Shown: positions 42,994 to 56,466 of the stretch, piece after piece
How positions within the stretch are numbered: the first letter of the stretch is position 1
How the letters are laid out: each line of letters opens with the position of its first letter
NCBI RefSeq assembly: GCF_009914755.1
Contig: NC_060940.1
Reading direction: 5' to 3' (one strand)
Origin: the human T2T-CHM13v2.0 reference genome, Homo sapiens
DNA: 64,000 nt
Position numbers and translations under genes: made by a program
Notes under the pieces: model-generated
The model's database searches: none
Seen by the model: the letters and a program-made list of their open reading frames with translations, nothing else
Told to the model about the DNA's origin: nothing

Positions 42994-44199
42994 AATAACT
43001 TCACTTTTTTTTGGTGTAGGCAAAGCTCTCTGTTGGAGAAGACAGATTACTAGATAATTGTGTCACATTTCACACCTGCCCTTGTCTTTGTAAACCTTTG
43101 CCCTGTCAAAATACATAGTAGTTGTCCAAAGTTGGGATCTCAGAGACTAATAAAAAATAAATGTAACCTAGAAAAGCTAAGCAGAAGAGCTGTGTGTGTG
43201 TATACATAAAAACATAGTTGAGATCAGCTCTTTCCTCCCTGTTTTATCTCTGGTTTAGATCACCAACTTCCCTGCCATTTCCTGATGCCAATTTTGAAGC
43301 CAGGGGGCTCAGAGGCATTTTCTTCAACAGAAGAGTTCAGAGTTTCAGTGTCCACCTTTGAGCTGCAACTAGTCCCTCAGTGGTGTAAATATGCATGCTG
43401 CTGCAGAATCTCCTGTTCCAGGATCCCACCTCGACCCCTTTCAGAGAAATCTGGGAATGAGAGAAGGAACCGGCCCAGGAGTGATTTATGACCTGCTGTC
43501 TGTGTCCTGCCTGAGGAAGCATGGCTCTGGCTGTTTGAAGCAGACCCAGACTGGGATCCTCAGAGATTGGAAGGAGTGATGGGGACCCTTCAGGAAAATG
43601 TCACCGACCGTTGACTCTCAGCTCAGCTCGAAGCTGCTGATGAGGGGGTAGGCTTGGTTGCTGTCACAGTGATGTGAGCTCAGGCAGTTGGGGTTGGGGC
43701 AGAGGGACCAGCCAGGAGACAAAGCATCTGAGTTCAGCACCCGGGTCCTCCTCTGATTCACCCTCTGACCTCAGCAAAGCCCTTCACTCTCTTCCTTCAA
43801 CTCATTTTTCAGGCTGCAAATGGACTGAGCTGCGTGAAGCGGTAAAAAACAAACCTGCTTGCATGGAAGGAATGTTCCTAGCCATTTGAGGCTGAATATA
43901 GGGTGGGTATAAATAGGGACCAGACTCCCATAGACAGAAGGAAGCTGGCATGCCCGGGCTGCCATGGAGCATTGATGGGTCATGGTGGCAACGTTGGAAT
44001 ATCAGAGACGCTGGAATATCACACTGGAATATTTCGAGGTCAAAACAACAGACACATCAAGGCAGGGTCAGAATGGCACAGTCAACCCCTCCTGCATCTC
44101 CAAGCCAGAGGATGCTGTTGTTTTAGGCTGACATTGTTCAGAGCCTTTGGTGGCAGCACAGTGAGGAGGATCACTGGGCAGGGAGACATACCCTGGAGG

Positions 44200-44400
44200 T
44201 GCCTGATGCCAAAATGAGGATGTAAATCCTGCTCTGCCCCAGGTGTAAGACCTTGGGCAAATTAGCTGACCTCTCTGAACCCGTCTTTTTCTTAGTGAGA
44301 GGTAGACAGGAATCTTGTGATCATGATGAGCATGTATACCAAGTGTTTGGCATGGTGCCTGCCCCGAGCGAACGCTCAAAAGAGCAGGCTCTGTTAACAT
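44200..44400 (+). mobile_element. MIR SINE (approximate bounds)
   Basis: aatcctgctctgcc...gaccttgggcaaattagctgacctctctgaacc. Confidence 0.65.
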
Positions 44401-45689
44401 GTGCCAGGGACTCTGCCCACACTCTATACACGTCATTTTACAGTATGGGGCCCAGGGCATAGAAGGAACTTGAGAAATAACAATAGTTTCCCCTCTTCTC
44501 TCTGCTCTGCTCCTGCCTTAAAGTTGTATTTACCTCGTAACCTGTCCTCTTTCTCTCCTTCTCTCCTAAGTCTTTGCACGATTTTGCTCCCTCTTCCCAC
44601 TTTCCCTGCCCTCTGCTTTATTTCCTGGCTAATTTTGACTCTTCTTCAGGTCTTGCATTTCCTCTTAAAAGCCTTACTTGTGTTCTCTTTGCCCACTGGC
44701 CCCCAAGGCAGGCCAGGTGCCCACTCTGTCTGCTGGTTTGTGTTTGAGTCCTCACAGTGCCCCAGGAGTTCCTACCCACCTGTGAACTGCTTAAAGCCAG
44801 GGACACCGCCTCTCATCTCTCCATCTCCTTCACCTGCTACAGAGCTCAGCATACAGTAAGCGCTCCATAAATGTTTCTTCAGTGAACATGATCACACTGT
44901 CTGATTCCTGGCTTCTTTTTTTGAGGCTTGAACCTACACAGAATGTCCTGTCAAATGTCCCAGAAAACATGACTTTGAAAGGGACAGGGTGGCTGGCTCC
45001 TGTGTTGCAACACAGCACTTCTTACCTTCGCCTCTCACTAGTCTGATTGGCCCATCTTTCAATTACCAGGATGCTTATCTTGCTCACTCATTAGCCTATA
45101 TCCCTTAGCTGGCATTGAGTGGACAACATGGTTGAGATATGCGAGCTCTGGAACTGAAGTGGGCTGCAGTCAAATCTTGCTGGGATTGGTTTTTGGAGGA
45201 AGGGAGGCTTGGGATTAAGTGGCTGAGTGTAAGTGGGGCATCCTATTCCAGCACTGCCTGCTGCTGCTAGAGAGAGCCCTGGTGCAGCTTTGAGTCACAG
45301 CTGCTTTTCCCAGGACTTCAAGGCACACAGACACTATTTTGTAAGCTTCAGATAAGAATGCAAGGCCCGCCCTCATTTCCACATACCCAAATCATGCCCA
45401 TTCTTCCAGGCACAGCTCATATGAGATGTGACGTTGCACCTGAAGCTCAGAGCAGAGTGTCGGGCATCCATTAGTAAAAGTTTGATGCTAATACTAAGAC
45501 CCCAGCTCCAGAAGCCCTCCTGCGCTCCTACCTTTCATTCCTGTATCCTCACAGTTGTAGTTCGACCTCTCTTTGGGAGCCTCACAATGTATCCAACAGG
45601 TAGAGTATCACCTTGCTGATTGTGTGATCTTAGAAGAGTTCTCGACGTGCTTTTTGAGTCTCATTATCTTCATCTGTATAATGGAATGT

Positions 45690-46090
45690 CAATTCAGCCT
45701 CTTTGGGTTGCAAGTGAACAAAATTTGACCTGAATTTGTTTAAGCAAAAAGGATTCTCATTGGCTTGCATGGCCCAAAATCTAGGGACAGGACTAGTTGG
45801 GATCAGGGGTCATATAGTGTCATTGGAACTGGCTTCCTTCCATCTGTGTGGACTCCAGACCAGGGCTCTGCATAAGAGTGTGATAATTGTAGTAGTTCCA
45901 GCCTTTAATCCTCCTATGCTGAGTTCATGGGAGTCAGTTGGAGGCCCCAGTAGGGCGCTCAAAGTCGCGGTTTGGGTTGCATGGGTCTAGTTCATTTGAC
46001 TGCTTATAGGCTCATCCCCGAGCCCACCCCTGTGGCAAAGAGATGAAATATCTAATTGGCTGAGACTTGGACTCAGATATGGTATGGGAC
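45690..46090 (-). mobile_element. Old MLT1-type LTR fragment (approximate bounds)
   Basis: tttgggttgcaagtgaacaaaa...ttaagcaaaaagga...tctaattggctgagacttgg. Confidence 0.5.
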
Positions 46091-46494
46091 AGGGGCCTGG
46101 AGAATTCTCTGAGCCTGTCTGAGTGTGATGGAAATGCCATCACCCAGGGCGACACTGAGGAACCCAGCATTAAATGGCAGCATTACTAACAGCCAACTCA
46201 GACATGATATTCACCTGGGCCTTGCCCTTAGTTTTAACTTATCAGATTGTCACAGCAACCCTATCAGATATGTGCTGCTGTTATTTACATTTGATGGAGG
46301 ATGTTACTAAGGTACCCCCTTAGTTTCCCCTTAGGCACTGCCTTAGAGGGCTTTTCCAGGGCCACATAGCAGGTGTAGTACAAGATGTAAATCCAGGCAT
46401 GGCTGCAAAGTTTGCACACACAACTACTTTCCTTTATTATGTATTGTAGGAGGGAGCCAGTCAAGAAATGAAAGGTAACAAAACAGATAAGTAA

Positions 46495-46600
46495 CATATA
46501 ATATATTACGATGTAATGTAATATGATATAGTATAGTATCATATAATATAGTATATTACTATATAATATAGTAACATATATCATATCATATCATATGGTA
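46495..46600. repeat. AT-rich degenerate pentamer simple repeat (TATAA/ATATC-like)
   Basis: Directly visible. Confidence 0.85.
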
Positions 46601-47754
46601 TCATGGCAAACACTGGTAAATGGTCCATCTTTGTATCTATCCCTAAAACATCTGTTGTGAGTGTGTCTTAGGGAGCTGTTGAGTGAGTGTTGACCAGCTG
46701 ACCAAGTGACTCATTTTATGGGCACAGTGTGAATCCTTAGATCCAAGAAGATTGCTTCTGTCATCGCAACATCATTATTATAACATTCTTGTTTGTTTTG
46801 GTTTCACAAGAAGAGCAAATCATTAAAGGAGGAAGTTAAAGGAAAAATCAGGTGAACTGTAATTTCTAGAAGTCTCGTTCTCTGGTTTCCAATGGTGGTG
46901 GGTGTTTAAAGATGTTAGCCTGAACCTGTGTCCTTAAGCCTATCTTACTGGACAGACATTATTTGAAAGGACTGTTTCCAAAACCTTTCCACTGGTAGAA
47001 AAGATCTGAGCAAATCTGTTTTACAGACAGGTGGAATAGGAATGAGATGGCAAATGCAGATGATACAGAGCTTTTGGACTTATTACCAGTCCCCGACACC
47101 TCCACCCCTTAACCTTTTTAGAAAATGCCCTTAATTCTTTGGGAATTTCTATAACTAACCCTAAACTGGTATTTGCTACACACATATGCAGCAGTGTGTT
47201 TGCAGGTTGTTTGTGAGTGTTAAAGCACACAGGGCAAGCTGAGAAGTAAAGGTTTTGTGTTGCATTTGATGATCAAACATATGCCCTCTTCGGCCTTCTC
47301 AGGGCACTGGCATTAAGGCTAGTAAATAATCTTGGGTTTCCTTGTGTCTCTCCAGCGTCCCATCTTGTAGCCCAGTATTACGTGAGGCACTTAATCAAAG
47401 CATAAAAGCAATTATAAAACGCCCCTGAAATTACATTCATATCTGTAATCAGAATTGCTAATATCTCCCCTCCCTCCACCATCCTGGTGTCATCTGATTT
47501 TCATTCCTTTGAGGTGACTAAGAGTCTAGTCATTAATGTAACACCCACCAACTTTATTGGAAGTTACCGTCAGAAAGATCTGTTTCCAAAAACTCTGTGA
47601 GCTGAATGCAATTACAGTGCTGGTTCTTCTTGGCCATTGCACAAGTCTGCACATACTCTTTGTACTAGAGTCTCTTTCTAAACTTAAGCACCAATGAGGT
47701 TGCTGTCTATTTTCTATGTCATGGGGAGGAAAGATTTGGTTTAAAGTTATTTGA

Positions 47755-48054
<300 letters not shown>

Positions 48055-48734
48055 GTTATTTGAAAGAGAAATGAAACTTCTAGAAGCTATCACTCTATTG
48101 CCTACATTTTTACCTTTCCAATAACATTGGGATGATTTGGTAGTAATGTAATAGTGATGATGATTATGGTCATGGTAATAGTAAAACTACCAGCTTACAG
48201 GAAATGCAGGCGATAGAGAAATGATGCAGACCCTATTATGAAGCCATAATTCAAATGGATAATTTGGGAACTTCTCTAAGACGAATGTTCTGCTTTCTTC
48301 AACAAACAAATGACCTGTAAAAGGGAGGAGGCAGAAGGGGGTTCTGTTACAGATGAAAACAGGCCTTATTTTAGGTCTAAAAGGAGTGGCCTGAGCCCAA
48401 GGAGGTAGCAGCAGAATGGTGGGAGAGCTGGCTTGCTGGGGCAGGGTGAGGGACGCTGTCCACACTGCACTTTTCACCTGCCTCAAGGGTCATACTATCA
48501 ACCCAGCCATGGTGCCTGCGGGTCTGGGCTTCCTCCAGCCTGGTGCATCCTTTCCTCCTCCCCACCTTTTCAGCCTAGCTAACTCACATTGATAGCTGAG
48601 ACTTCTCTCCTTCCTTGAGAGGCCCTTCTTTGACTACTACTTTCTTATCTAAGTGGGATGATGTATCTCCACTCTGCTCTCAGGGCCCACTGGCATGGCA
48701 TTGGTGATTGTACATTGTAATTATATATGTATTT

Positions 48735-49050
48735 TAATTTTTTAAATTTTGGGGTAATTGTAGATTCACGTGCAGTTGTAAGGAATAATACAGACGGCTC
48801 CTGTGTACCCTTCACCCATTCTCTCCCAGCATTGACATTTTGCAAAATGACTGCAATAGCACAACCAGGAAATTGACATTGTTATAATGTACCCAACTTA
48901 CACAGATTTCACCAGTTTTACATGCACTTGTGTGTGTGTGATTTCATTCTGTGCAGTCTTATCACATGCATCAATTCCTGTGATCACAATCAGCATTTCC
49001 ACAGTCAAGATACACGGCATTTCCATCACAAGGCTTCCTCATGCCACCCT
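48735..49050 (-). mobile_element. L1M (MB/MC-like) 3' end fragment
   Basis: taattgtagattcacgtgcagttgtaaggaataatacaga...cccttcacccatt...caaccaggaaattgacatt. Confidence 0.75.
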
Positions 49051-50433
49051 TTTGTCACTGTCTTCTTACTTACCTATTTCTCTCATGATTTTGCGAGTGT
49101 TTTGAAGCAGAAGCCTTATGTTTAATCTCTGTGTCTTGGTTCCAGCAAACTCAAACCAGCACCTGGCTCCTAGGGGTCCTATAAATTCCTATGAAATCGA
49201 TTCAAATTCTACCAGAGAAAGAGAGTAGATCCGGGATACTTTGTAGAAAAGTTTTGGCCAGGAGGGAGAGAAAAACATTCCAAGGCACAAAGCACTAAGA
49301 AGATACAACATTACAGGACTTTTTCCTCTATGGGACTATGAAAATCCTGGTGGTAACTATGGCTTTGTATTACCTTTAAAAACCACCTACTCATGCAAAC
49401 CCCAGAGGGAACAGATTTCTGTGCAAGACCAGGCACAAACACCAGACTTTTATTTTGTGGTCTCAGTGTGGTTCCTTTTGTGTCATCATTCCATGTATAT
49501 GGGGAGTTTGAGGTTAATTTATTTGGAAATCGAGAATTCATCACACACTTGACCTGTATGAGGCTTCACCTGGTCAGGGGTCAGCCTCCGTTGTATCTGG
49601 GAAGGATTCAGGACATGGGGACATATCAGGCCTGCAGAGGAGAGTGACTTGAGCAAGCAATTTGGGTGCTCAGACAGAGTATCAGGATTTTTCTTCTCTA
49701 GACCCTCTCATGACAGACTTGGAAGGAAGAAGGCTTTCATTGGTTCCTTGCCCCGCTCCTGAATTTCATCCTACTAGTGGTAGAGTTTTCAGAAAGTATC
49801 TTAGAGTAGCAATGCTCTTCAAATTACCCCGTATAATGGTCATGCTCTTATGAGACACATGAAGCCATGCATGCAACATCAGAATCTCTAGGTTTTGATG
49901 AATGAACAGATACCAACATGTGTCAGATGCGGTTGAATTTTCTCCAAGCCCAGGTCTTGAAAGGCCAGTGACCAGCTGATCTATTATTAAGATATCAGAG
50001 CTACATGTCTGTTCTTTACTTATTAAAAGCTTGTTGTATGTCAGGCTTTGTAATAGTCTGGGGGATAAAGGGATTAAAAAATCCTGTTATTCATCCATAT
50101 ATCATTCCATATATTCATCCATCCATCCATCATCTAGCCATCCATCCATTTTTAGGTGTACAGTCCAACAGCATTTTTTACTAGTTTCAGAGAACATGTA
50201 AAAGGACACTAAAACAAGGTGGCTTTTTGAGCTTCTCTGCAATATCTTCCAGACACTAACATGTTTTTGCCTCTTAGACACATGGACCCCTTAGAATATA
50301 TGTGGAATAGCCTATTGGTAACAAGAACCAATGTTATTTGTTATTTTCTTTCTGCATTAAGTAGGAAACAAACGAACATCTGAACGGAAAGTTAAGCTGT
50401 TTTTGTGGAGATGACCTTCCACCCTCTACCATG

Positions 50434-51875
50434 TCACTAAACTTTCACAAGGCCTCATGGTGCTGGAACACATCTCACAGATAGGAGTTGGGACCATGCT
50501 CTCATTCTCATTGGTCTCCCTGTTGTTTCATGAGAACCAACTCATTTGCATGGAATTTAATACTCTCTGCAGGGTCTAAAGGTGTGTTGAGCTAGCTGAG
50601 GGACCCATGTGCTCATCTGAAATAACAGATCGGAGTGCTGGGCTGTGTTCTGAAGTTCACTGGGATGGAGTAGTTAAGGCTGGAGTTACGCACATATATA
50701 CTTACATAATGTATAGGGTTGAGGAATAACTCCTGCCAATATATTCAGGGATTGGGCTGTTCTCATTGTGTGAAGGGAGTCAATACTGACCCCTAGCCAG
50801 CAGTTAATTTTTTATGTTTGTGTTTTCCAGAAAGAAAACAAAAATATTTTATATTTTTGTTTTCCAGAAGTGAAACTCTCATGGGAGACACATCTCTCTC
50901 TTTCTAGGCTTATATTTATAAATAAATATATACTATATATTAATCTCACATCATATGTAATTATCTTTCACATATAATATATGTGTTTGTGTGTGTGTGT
51001 ATATATATACACATATATATATATATATATACACATATATAGATATAAATATAAAATATTTTCCTCACTGGTATCTATTTAGATCTCTAGGGCCTTGTAT
51101 CATGTATGGAATGCACTATGATTATTCAGTTTCACATGAGAAAGAATACAATTTCTCCTAAGCACTTCACTAAGCATTCACAAGGCCTCATGGTGCTGGA
51201 ACACATCTCACAGATAGGAGTTGGGTCCATGTTCTCATTCTCATTGGTCTCCCTGTTGTTCCATGAGAACCAACTGGTTTGCATGGAACTGAATACTCTC
51301 TTCAAGGTCTAAAGGTGTATCCTGAACCAGTTGGGGGATCCATGTGCTCACCTGAAACAACAGAGTGTGCCAGGTGAGCTTCCAGTGAACACTCCCATCA
51401 TTCTGCACCAGGGGCTCTCCTCCAGCTATTAGAAATAAAATCTCACCGGCTGGTCACCCAGTTTCTTCAAATACAGGGATATGTCATAACTGAAAGTGTC
51501 CCTATTGCAAAATTCTTGTCTATACAAATTTTAGACAGGGTTCTTAGGTTATGGAACCAGAAGTCAAGGAGGGAGAAGGCACACTGAACCAATGAAAGAG
51601 CAGGAGCAAAGATTCAGGAGAAAATAAAGCCAGTGCTTAAAATTGTGCCCCTGCTGCTGTCTCCTAGGCACAGAGAGCAGGGACACTGAGATGGGTAGCA
51701 GGAATTGCAGCAGAGCTGATCAGGGTAATGAGCTGTGTTCTGAAGTTCAGATGAAGTAGTTAAGGCTGAAGTTAAGTGCATATATCCTTACATAACATTA
51801 AGGCTCGAGGAATAATTCCCACCAACATACTCAGGGATTGGGCTGTTCTTATTGTGTGAAGGGAGTCAGTGCTGA
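50434..51875 (+). repeat. Diverged local direct duplication (50434-50789 and 51167-51875) flanking a (TA)n/(TG)n tract at ~50905-51055
   Basis: ttcacaaggcctcatggtgctggaacacatctcacagataggagttggg... and gctgtgttctgaagttca...tgtgtgaagggagtca each occur twice. Confidence 0.92.
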
Positions 51876-52128
51876 GGCCTTGTCTTAATTAACCCTCTGA
51901 TATTATCAGTCTCTCTAATGGATCTAACCTTTAAAGGATTTGGGGAGAATTGTTTCAACTGTGTAAGCTTCTCTTTTTTCATCTGGGCTATGTCAAGGAA
52001 CACTGAACTTGCATCCTAAAAGTCTGCAATTCTATCCATATCTTTTGAAGCCATTTTTATGACCAAGAATGTTGGCAGTGCCTCACAGGCTGCCTAGCAC
52101 ATGGTAGACACCAAGTGATGCTTGTTGC

Positions 52129-52129
<1 letters not shown>

Positions 52130-52170
<41 letters not shown>
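52130..52170. repeat. (TG)20 microsatellite
   Basis: Directly visible. Confidence 0.97.
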
Positions 52171-52171
<1 letters not shown>

Positions 52172-53429
52172 TGTGTGTGGTGGGAGGCCCCATCGTCCTT
52201 GCCGGAGTATCTTTCTTGTTGCAGAAATACTTAGTTTCAATTAAATCATCCACCAACATATATTTTACTGTTATAGCTACTCATTATTTTATAAAGTTCT
52301 TGGAGATCTCCACTGAGAAAGAAAAAGTCTTGCCCAAGCTCTGATGGGGTTGGTAGGGCCAGGGCAAGCTCTCTGCATTCCTGACCTCTGTCTATATTCT
52401 TCTGTGAGAGTGCATCGCCTGTCTTCCTTATCCTCAGTGGGACATAGGTTACTTATGTAAGAAACAGGCTCCCCATGTCTCGGGGGGGCTCCATGACATG
52501 CGAGATCTGTGGAGTCAGGCACCTGCACTCAACAAATAGATGCAGCTACTGCTATTATTACTAATCATTGGTTCACTGAGAGAATTCATAGAAATGTGTG
52601 ACTTGGCTTGTTTTGCTTCTGAGAAATGGAGGTTAATGCTTGTTCCTTGCAGGAAGTTCTGTGGCTTAGAAAGAGAAAGAAAATTATATACCAAAGTGAC
52701 CTTTTTCTCCAACTGTTGTGCAGTGCACAAAACTAATTAGCCAGGTTCTAATTGGGTTGAAGTCTGAGAGTAATGGAAAAGTTGCCCGGTGAAGATGACA
52801 TAGTCCACAGGGTTCCCTATTTATTCTCTCTCGGTGACTTCTGTATTAAATTTGTTCAGTTTGCTGGTCACAAGCTGGTATTTCAGATGGAATGACTTGG
52901 CAGCTAGCTCCTCTGGGCCTCTAAGCCCAGCTGTGGTCTCCAGTCAGCAACCAGGAAGTTGGGAGGGGCTCTGGGATGGCAGGGGAGACCATGGCTTTGA
53001 GTTCTTCTTTGATTCATGTACCCCATCTTTGCTTGATCAGGGAGATACAAAGCACAGATCCACTGTTGGGCAACCATGATGGGCCACCTGCCAAGGAGAT
53101 GGGAGAACCAGGGCCTGGAAAGGAGGAGCATCTGCGAAGCACAGCCTGAACCATGAAGCCTCCCCAGGCATCAAGTCACCCAGGGGGCTGTGGACTGTGG
53201 GGGAGTGTTGTGGGGTGAGGAGCCTGGGGCTCAGACCAGCCTGCGGTAAGCATCCTCCTACACCAAGGAGCCAAAATGACTGCACAGTGCGAGGGCGGCG
53301 ATGCAGGCTTGGAAAACAAAACCCGCCTCCTCTCTGTCTCCTCTGATGGGAAGCCAGGGCCAATGGAGGGGTCTGGTTCAGGGCCCAGAGCCACCAAAAC
53401 CACTTGGCTCTTGAATGATCTGACTTGAG

Positions 53430-53872
53430 GGCTAACCTAAGCCTTGTGAAATCCCAAGAGAATAACCTCAGGTTCTTTAATTCTAGTGCAGACTTTAGAT
53501 GCTGTTGGAAGAGAAGAAAAGGAAATAGTGACCCAAGTCAGTAATTGTACTTTCCAGTAGTCCCAAAGCATAGTTTATATGAGCATCCTATAAGAGGCCA
53601 CTGGCATCTTAATAAAGGTAGTTAATAGTACACATTGCTAGTCAGTAACAGCCACACCTTGCACCCATTTGATAGAACCCCAAGGGTCAGAAGATGATCT
53701 ACTGAATATGGCCCAGCAGGGTAACAGGAACCGAGGGGTCCTTGAAGACAGCGTCCAGCCAGGGCATCCAATCTGGAATTTCCCCTCACCTACAGATCTC
53801 TGAGTAAGATAAATATTTCATTTTGCAAGCTCTGTGTTTTGTTACTTGCAGCTAAGAGCATTCTAACTCACA
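53430..53872 (+). mobile_element. Old MLT1-type LTR (approximate 5' bound)
   Basis: MLT1-like 3' end: gagtaagataaatatttc...gttttgttacttgcagctaagagcattctaact. Confidence 0.55.
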
Positions 53873-54934
53873 TAATTTCTTCAGAGACACTTCTGTAATA
53901 TGCCTACTTCTGAATGAACTCATGCTTCCCACACTACCCCTTGAATACTTCTTTTACGGAGTTTACCATTGCCTATTTGTCTTACATCTGTCATACATCT
54001 ATGAGCTCTTTGAAGACAGGGATAGTGTCTTATATTCCATCTATTCAAATCCCCAATTAAGTATATAAATGGATAAATACGTGTAGTCAATTACTTTGGA
54101 AATTAGATATTGTTGTGAGTATAACAGGGTGTGTTTCTTGGGTGGCCCGTAAGGTCAACAGGGAGATTTCCTTGTCCCAGAATTAAATGAGGAAGGTCGA
54201 CTTCTGCTCCAGCCTTGAAAACTCTCGTGAGGATGGAAGCATGTTCATTATTTGTCAGTATAATTTAAACTCGATTAAAGTTCCAACTCCCCAAAAAAAT
54301 GACACAAGGAAAACTTGATATCTAGTGCTGATGAATTATGTGTTCCTGGGTCTTTTCTCCCCCCATCTTCACTTCTTATCTGCACAAAAGAATGTTCTTT
54401 TTGTTTTTGACTGACTTTACCAGAAGTCACACTTGTATGGGTATAAAAAACTAATAAAAGTGTCTAAGTCAAGGAAACACCATGATTCTCTCTCCATGCG
54501 TTAATTACTGCCTGAGGAAGCCATCAACCTTAAATTGTACTCATCCTTTCTATGCAAAATCCATCGAATGTTCAATGCTTTGTAGACCTTAGCTTGCTCC
54601 ATCAGCATTCCTGGGGTTAAAGGTCACAGTCTTCTGGCAATTTGGAGTAAAAAGACTCCTCAAAAAGAAAGCTTTTTGATTTATCTAAGGAAGCCATCCA
54701 CAAGCCTTTTTTCCCCCTTACACTTCAATTAGAAGAAAGAGGCAGATTTTGAAAAAATCATCATGCATGCAGGTGATACCAAATATAATTGTCAAGAGTA
54801 AGGACAGCAGCATCATGGAGAAACCGTCAGGTGATCTCCATTGCTCTTTCCCTCCTCTCTCATCCCACCAGCCCCTAAGCTCTGTGGGTTACACCCTGAA
54901 TGTATCCTCACCCATCTTAGTGCATGCACCACCT

Positions 54935-55635
54935 TTTTAAAAAACAACTTTTTTGAGCTATAATTCAGATACTATACAATCCTTTTGTCCTAAGTATAAA
55001 ATTCAGTTTCTTAAAACATATTCAGAGTGTTGTGCAGCCACCACCACTATGGAAACTCAGAGCATTTCTATCACCCCCACCCAAATCGCCCTGCTGGTTA
55101 GCAGTTACTCCCATTTCACCTTCTTCCTGGCCATGGGCAACCACCAATCTGATTTGTGTCTCTAGAGATATGCCAATTCAGGACTTTTCCTATAAATGAA
55201 AACAGGGATAGTATCTTATCTTCCATCCATTCAAATCCCCAAGTAAGTATATAAATGGATAAATATCAATTCTTTTCTGTAAATGAATCATGCAATATGC
55301 AGTCCTTTGTGACTGGCCTCTTTCATTTAATATTATGTTTATCATGTTTTTGCGGTTCATTCATGTTGTAGCTTATAATGGAACTTTATTTCTTTTTGTG
55401 ACCAAATAATATTCCATTGTATGGATACAGCATATTTTGTTGATCCATTTATCTGTGGATGGACAGTTGGGTTGTTTATACCTTTTGGCTATTTTGAATG
55501 ATGCTGCTATGAAAATTCATGTATGAGCTTTTGTGTGGGGGTGTATTTCCATTCCTCTTGGGTATAGCTGGGAGCAGAATTGCTGGGTCACATGGTAACT
55601 CTATGTTTAATCATCTGAGAAATGGCTTGACTGTC
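54935..55635 (-). mobile_element. L1MB-like 3' end fragment carrying an ~86-bp insertion
   Basis: gagctataattca...gttgtgcagccaccacc...ggcaaccaccaatct...aatattccattgtatggata...aattgctgggtcacatggtaactctatgtttaa. Confidence 0.85.
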
Positions 55636-56258
55636 TTCTGTCTTTTCCATCTTTGTCTGGAGACCGTGCAATAGCCTTTTGATTGTTCTCTTTGCCTCCA
55701 GTGTTGTCCTCTCCTTCTGGTCAAGTCTTCTCACCACAGCAGCAGGGAACAGAGTCTCTCACCCAACAGACACTTTCAGAGCTTATATAGTGAATAAGAA
55801 GAGCATGGTACTGTCTAGTAAGCTGGCATTAAAACATAAACTGTGTCATGTGACTGACTGTCTGTAATTGTTCATCACACCTGGAATAGAAGCTCAGCTT
55901 CTCACTAGGATCTACAAGGTCCAGAAGTCGTCTGCTTTGCACTCCATTCTGATTATTTTTCAGTCACTCTGGTCTTCTTTGGACATTGCCTCTTTCCTGC
56001 ATTAAACCTTTGTGCATATCAATTATTTTCTTTCATCTGCCTAGATTGGAACACAGCATTTTTTAAAAAGCTGGTTAAATGAATGAGTGAACAAATTGAA
56101 TTCAATATGCTCAGTGTATTAACCTGCTCAAGGCCACAGAGCTGGTTAATAGCAGAGTCCCTACCAGATTCTTATATTAGAGGGTTTTGGGTTTGTTTTT
56201 AATCTTTGTTCTAGATGATTAGCTAATATATTACAGACCCTCTTCTATCTCTGTGTGG

Positions 56259-56466
56259 CAGTTTCTCAACCTTAGCACCGTTGACATTAAAGCTGGATGA
56301 TTGTGGTGGGGGGGCCTGTTCTGTAAATTGTAGGGTGTTTAGCAGCATCTCTGGCCTCTACCCTGTGATTAGCAACCACTCTCCACATGTTGTGACAACC
56401 AAAAATGTGTTTAGACATTGCCAAATGTCCTTGGGGGACAAAATCACCCAGTTGAGAACCACTGCT
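56259..56466. mobile_element. MER20 DNA transposon relic
   Basis: cagtttctcaaccttagcac..ttgacatt...gtttagcagcatctctggcctctac...gacaaccaaaaatgt..agacattgccaaatgtcc...gttgagaaccactg. Confidence 0.9.
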
